Assembly (NCBI RefSeq): GCF_012985275.1
Contig: NZ_JABEKY010000003.1
Strand: one strand, 5' to 3'
From: Corallococcus exiguus
GTDB taxonomy: Bacteria > Myxococcota > Myxococcia > Myxococcales > Myxococcaceae
DNA: 64,000 bases
Below the pieces are notes generated by a model. That model did no database searches. It worked only from the letters and a program-made list of their open reading frames with translations, and was not told the origin of the DNA. The translations under genes and the position numbers were made by a program. This document shows, piece after piece, positions 61,301 through 64,000 of the stretch; the first letter of the stretch is position 1, and the number at the start of each line of letters is the position of its first letter.

Positions 61301-64000
61301 ACGGACGAGAAGAAGATCTTCGACGCGCTCGCCAACCTCAACCCGCTCCAGGGTCACTACATCGAGGTCCTCTACCAGCAAGAGCACAACGAGAACCTGC
61401 GCGAGCGGCTCAAGAGCGAGCTGGACGACTTCTTCAGCACCACCACGCACGACTGGGACAAGGCGGAGGCGCTGCTCTCCGGCAACGCATCCAAGGCCGC
61501 CGCCGTCGAGCTGAACGACGCCATGGAGGGCACCTTCTTCGGCTTGGGCTGGGGCACGGACGAGGCCGCCATCCTCACCCTGCTTCGCGGCAAGACGCCG
61601 GAGCAGATTGAAGCCATCAAGAAGGCCTACCAGCAGAAGTACGGCAAGGACCTGGTCGTCCAGATGGACGACGAGCTGCGCAGCGGCGCGCTCAAGACAC
61701 ACGACGTGGACGAGATGCACGCCCTGGTGGAGGGCCGCACCGAGGACGCTCGCGCCATCGAGATGGACCGCGCCATGCGCGGCGGGTGGTTCTTCGGTCT
61801 GGGCACCGACCGCAAGGCCATGGAGGACGTCTACGACCGCATCCGCAAGGAGACGGAGGCCGACGCGCAGCAGTACGGCTGGGACACCAAGACGTTCCGC
61901 GCGGAGCTGCTCAAGCGCAACCAGGCCATCGACGCGTCGTATGAGCAGCAATACGGCACGGATTGGACCCAGCGCACCGCGGGCGAGAGCGCGCTCAGCG
62001 CCGCGTTCCACGACGAGATGAAGGGCGAGGACCTCAAGCTCATTGAGGGCCTTCGCGACGACAAGGGACTCCAGGTGGATGCCGCGCGCATCCGCATCGA
62101 GCACACCAGCGTCTTCTACGCGGACGACAAGGTCATCCGCGACGCCATGTCCGCGCAGGGCAAGCGGCAGATCGCCGACGCGCGCCGCGACGGCTACCTG
62201 GACATCCAGGAGCGGATGGACATCGAGCGCACGCTGGACGAGGCGAAGGTCAAGCCCGCCAGCGAGGGCCCGCTCACCGAGGAGGACCGCCGCAAGGGCC
62301 GCATCAGTGAATTGGAGTTCCTGGACAAGTGGAGCCCGGAGAAGGTCCAGGCCCGCATCGCGAAGGAACACAAGGAGGTGGACGTCAAGGCGAAGGCCCA
62401 GGCCCAGGCCGACGCCATGGCGAACATGAAGGCGCTGGCGGCCGAGTACGACAGCGCCTACGTGGAGGGCACGCACCTTCAGGCGAGCTTCGAGCAGGCC
62501 GTCCTGATGGACACGTCCGGCGCGGACCGGGACGCCGTCGCGGCGATGCTGAAGAAGGGCTACCTCACCGACGCGGAAGTCGTTCAGTACGCCGTGCAGG
62601 GCGTGGGCACGGACGAGGACGCGCTCAAGGAGGTCTTCGCCGGGAAGACGAAGGCGGAGATCCAGGCCATGGCCGAGGAGTGGGCCAAGGACCACCCCGC
62701 CGACCCTGGCGACACGCGCACGCCCTTCGAGCGCTTCCGCGCGCGCATCGACGAGGAGCTGAGCGGACGCGAGGCCTTCGACATCCTCGACATGGTGGAC
62801 TACGGCGAGCCCGTCACGCCCCGCGAGAAGGCGGACCGCGCCTGGCGCCGGGTGCACTTCGAGGCGAGCTCCACCAACAGCATGGCGTCCTCGGAGTACC
62901 AGCTGGTGCTGGACCAGGCGTCCGCGCTCGACGCCGAGGTGAGCGCGCTGGAGCTGCACGAGCGGATGCGCCCCAAGCCCGGGGACAAGAACTACACCGC
63001 CGACGGGCTGCGCAAGTGGCAGGAGGACTGGGAGAAGAAGTCCGAGCGCGTGCAGCGCCAGGGTGATTACGCCGACGAGTCGGTGCAGATGCACCGCGAG
63101 CAGGTGGACTTCATCACCGACCGGCTGGTGATGGTCCTCACCGCGGTGGTGATGGCGGTGGTGGTCATCATCGGCGTCATCGTCAGCATCTTCGCTCCGC
63201 CCGTGGGCGCGGGGTTCTGGGCCGCGTTCGGCGCATTCATGGCCAGCACGCCGGTGCTGGTGGGCACGGCGGTGGCGACGGCCGCCGTGACGATGCTGAC
63301 CAAGGCCGCCATGAAGGGCAGCGCCTACGGCTGGGAGGAGGCCGCCACCGACGCGGGCGTGGGTGCCGTGGACGCGCTCACTGCCGCGGCCACCGCCGGC
63401 ATGGGCACGAAGCTGCTCAAGCTGGGGTTCCTGGCGCGCATGGCGGAGGAAGGCGGGATGCTGGCGCGGGTCACTGCGCACGGCCTGGCCCAGGGCGCCG
63501 AAGGCCTGGTCCAGTCCGTGCCCTCCGCGTTCCTGGGCAACGTCCTCAACGACCAGAACTACAAGGGCGGCAACGCGCTCTTCAACGTGCTGGCGGGCAC
63601 CGCGATGCAGGCGGCGCCGGGCGCGGTGATGGCCGGGGCCTTTGGCGCGCTGGGCGGCATCTCCAAGCCTCACGTGCCGCCGCGCACCCAGGACCTGCTC
63701 CACTTCCGGGGCACGCCGAAGGAGCGGCTGACCCTCTTCAAGAAGTGGAAGGCGGAGAACCCCGCCGGGAACATGAAGGAGTTCCTGCGCGAGTTCGACG
63801 ACGGCCTGCTCAAGCAGATGTCGGGCGACTTCGACCGGCAGCAGCTCCAACGCGCCATGCGCAAGGAGCTGCTGGAGCACATCCCGCCCGCGCAGCGAAA
63901 GGCGTTCGCGAACACGCCCATCGAGCTGATCTCCGAGGCGGACTTCGAGGCGCTCACCGACAGCAAGTCCGCCCAGGCCGTCGCGATGTTCCGGCGGGGC
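58385..64000 (+). CDS. giant protein (more than 1870 aa, 3'-truncated by the window end) with a Pro/Ala-rich N-terminus, coiled coils, at least four annexin-type repeats, a cluster of C-terminal TM helices and a further C-terminal domain
   Basis: It is not in the ORF track because it has no in-window stop. Frame 2 is open from the stop at 58325-58327 to position 64000; by my manual translation ATG 58385 and GTG 58343 are candidate starts. Annexin-repeat matches are GLGWGTDEAAILTLLRGKTPEQIEAIKKAYQQKYGKDLVVQMDDELRSGALK, WFFGLGTDRKAMEDVYDRI...YGWDTKTFRAELLKR, VWEGVDQWGTDEKKIFDALANL...LRERLKSELDDFF, and QGVGTDEDALKEVFAGKTKAEIQAMAEEW...IDEELSGREAFDILDM. The TM block is LVMVLTAVVMAVVVIIGVIVSIFAPPVGAGFWAAFGAFMASTPVLVGTAVATAAV. 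The opposite-strand 1663-aa ORF is R/L/H-rich and looks antisense. Confidence 0.6.
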   Translation, partial: MLRKNSGRTPSSSAALPRAPGVVPRGPSSSNPARELAARLASLKGAAPALHGPVLRDAARDMERRWSDPAWRMLGGPRSHLFEPCPVHPPEVALLSTPGAVEAELGIHGLAPQPNTGLAQAAGASQPATLAQQEEDARRRDAARMAVLPMGSAEQLGDTAARLAEARASDLEPSTVTEESEAAGLGGSTSPAPDAIAATTVEAPSAGGDVATPEQAPAPASIPTGAAPGGMDDAARIDTRVSTLSSQSDVHIVVRQASPGAGPQEPPPIQTAATVDTGPRVPVPPAAMEWQKELAAAHAQGVQGIKHGLETAPDPTGAITAVEPPASLPAPPPAPAAPVTAGPIPAAPAVGADADPVAAWKGRIASSTAQVPEPQLPPAPRYTFKITQAAVDPNAVRAARLKQLEDEGKKAITPAKQPKDLPAIPDDPTGKASSLVDAKCERKLDVKDAKLPDLQKSPLGHVPEIGAQLMRDDGGHMLIKGPLGDLVYKPGGPKPTDPEKLKDWTRLQKKITAEADKQKKAKVQPKEPAKGITVLEQAAPAPINVPDFARVDIGDVLARLLAAPDKYADASVQKAREAYVPGGLDASWGVALITAERPIFAAELQRVADAAQIKKEDLDAKVEARRKQLVDSHVATTGTLSKAHEDAKKSLEEGGKSFADSLSRMRASLDAQSEAKAAAIKGGVDLTEARRKRDALIAAVDTKVSNWVVRYDQNGKRLKEAFAKAASDQMHAYELAALQDEWELKKDAGDDPVKLKAATEAYRPTKKWMDDRRKEIGAVVTKAKRDIDQSVDRYQQELRDAGREARDVIRDWHAKQIGYERGFWDRLLGWIIDWLEAAHDESRAWETARAAENKTSLDQNMLFLAEVRLRQGEELDAETIKGNNALSEEQKAILLSYYGKGGKDAVQALAEGLAVRIIGQRRKPLMESLEKELLASTDLERLKTVVDQQEPLFSNRARNISLKVWEGVDQWGTDEKKIFDALANLNPLQGHYIEVLYQQEHNENLRERLKSELDDFFSTTTHDWDKAEALLSGNASKAAAVELNDAMEGTFFGLGWGTDEAAILTLLRGKTPEQIEAIKKAYQQKYGKDLVVQMDDELRSGALKTHDVDEMHALVEGRTEDARAIEMDRAMRGGWFFGLGTDRKAMEDVYDRIRKETEADAQQYGWDTKTFRAELLKRNQAIDASYEQQYGTDWTQRTAGESALSAAFHDEMKGEDLKLIEGLRDDKGLQVDAARIRIEHTSVFYADDKVIRDAMSAQGKRQIADARRDGYLDIQERMDIERTLDEAKVKPASEGPLTEEDRRKGRISELEFLDKWSPEKVQARIAKEHKEVDVKAKAQAQADAMANMKALAAEYDSAYVEGTHLQASFEQAVLMDTSGADRDAVAAMLKKGYLTDAEVVQYAVQGVGTDEDALKEVFAGKTKAEIQAMAEEWAKDHPADPGDTRTPFERFRARIDEELSGREAFDILDMVDYGEPVTPREKADRAWRRVHFEASSTNSMASSEYQLVLDQASALDAEVSALELHERMRPKPGDKNYTADGLRKWQEDWEKKSERVQRQGDYADESVQMHREQVDFITDRLVMVLTAVVMAVVVIIGVIVSIFAPPVGAGFWAAFGAFMASTPVLVGTAVATAAVTMLTKAAMKGSAYGWEEAATDAGVGAVDALTAAATAGMGTKLLKLGFLARMAEEGGMLARVTAHGLAQGAEGLVQSVPSAFLGNVLNDQNYKGGNALFNVLAGTAMQAAPGAVMAGAFGALGGISKPHVPPRTQDLLHFRGTPKERLTLFKKWKAENPAGNMKEFLREFDDGLLKQMSGDFDRQQLQRAMRKELLEHIPPAQRKAFANTPIELISEADFEALTDSKSAQAVAMFRRG

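Noticed and set aside
58551-63629. Several plus-strand ORFs in frames 0 and 1 (58551-59435, 59251-60081, 59574-60443, 60685-61611, 61608-62021, 62043-62429, 62329-63066, 63363-63629)
   Set aside because: They are off-frame relative to the continuous frame-2 ORF. Their products are Arg/Pro/Ala-rich, as expected for shifted frames of a GC-rich gene.
58889-63880. 1663-aa minus-strand ORF opposite the annexin-repeat gene
   Set aside because: It has R/L/H/G-rich antisense-type composition and no recognisable motifs. The plus strand frame 2 carries annexin repeats and TM helices and is open through the window end.

Overview
This window is high-GC (about 68-70% by eye) bacterial chromosomal DNA with myxobacterial hallmarks. 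Those hallmarks are a MYXO-CTERM sorting tail (Cys, hydrophobic stretch, Arg-rich end), a DUF2381/TIGR02268-like protein next to a Ser/Thr kinase, a RomR-like proline-rich response regulator, numerous eukaryotic-like Ser/Thr kinases and ECF sigma factors, and an encapsulin-cargo ferritin. From memory only, the order romR-like / CheW-like / REC-GGDEF / encC-like / hybrid HK / orphan groEL resembles the Myxococcus xanthus MXAN_4461-4467 neighbourhood; I have not checked this. I can support about 50 protein genes, one tRNA (anticodon UCA, tRNA-Sec-like) and one IS4-family insertion. The tRNA is followed 6 kb downstream by a 58-bp direct repeat of its 3' half, which delimits an integrated island carrying two kinases, a DUF2381 gene and an IS21 istB remnant. 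Several Rho-independent-type hairpins sit between convergent genes. The items most worth a second look are these: (1) a full-length bacterial homologue of the eukaryotic major vault protein, apparently heading an operon with a repeat-lipoprotein and a MYXO-CTERM metalloprotease; (2) an AAA+ ATPase followed by a gene of more than 1870 aa that runs off the window end and encodes several annexin repeats plus a C-terminal transmembrane block, where the ORF track is blank because the ORF has no in-window stop; (3) an orphan encapsulin cargo protein (ferritin-like, C-terminal LTVGSLRK targeting peptide) embedded among signalling genes with no shell gene in the window; (4) the tRNA-Sec island and the adjacent IS-disrupted acyltransferase; (5) an ECF sigma / beta-propeller lipoprotein / zf-HC2-kinase-PD40 module; (6) a ValRS with a histone-H1-like Lys/Ala tail, a long-form phenylalanine hydroxylase, two small Cys-rich secreted peptides, and a signal-less LysM/peptidase cell-wall hydrolase. 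Many large ORFs in the supplied track are antisense artefacts of the high GC content and are listed as rejected. The track accepts GTG and TTG starts, so start coordinates are approximate.
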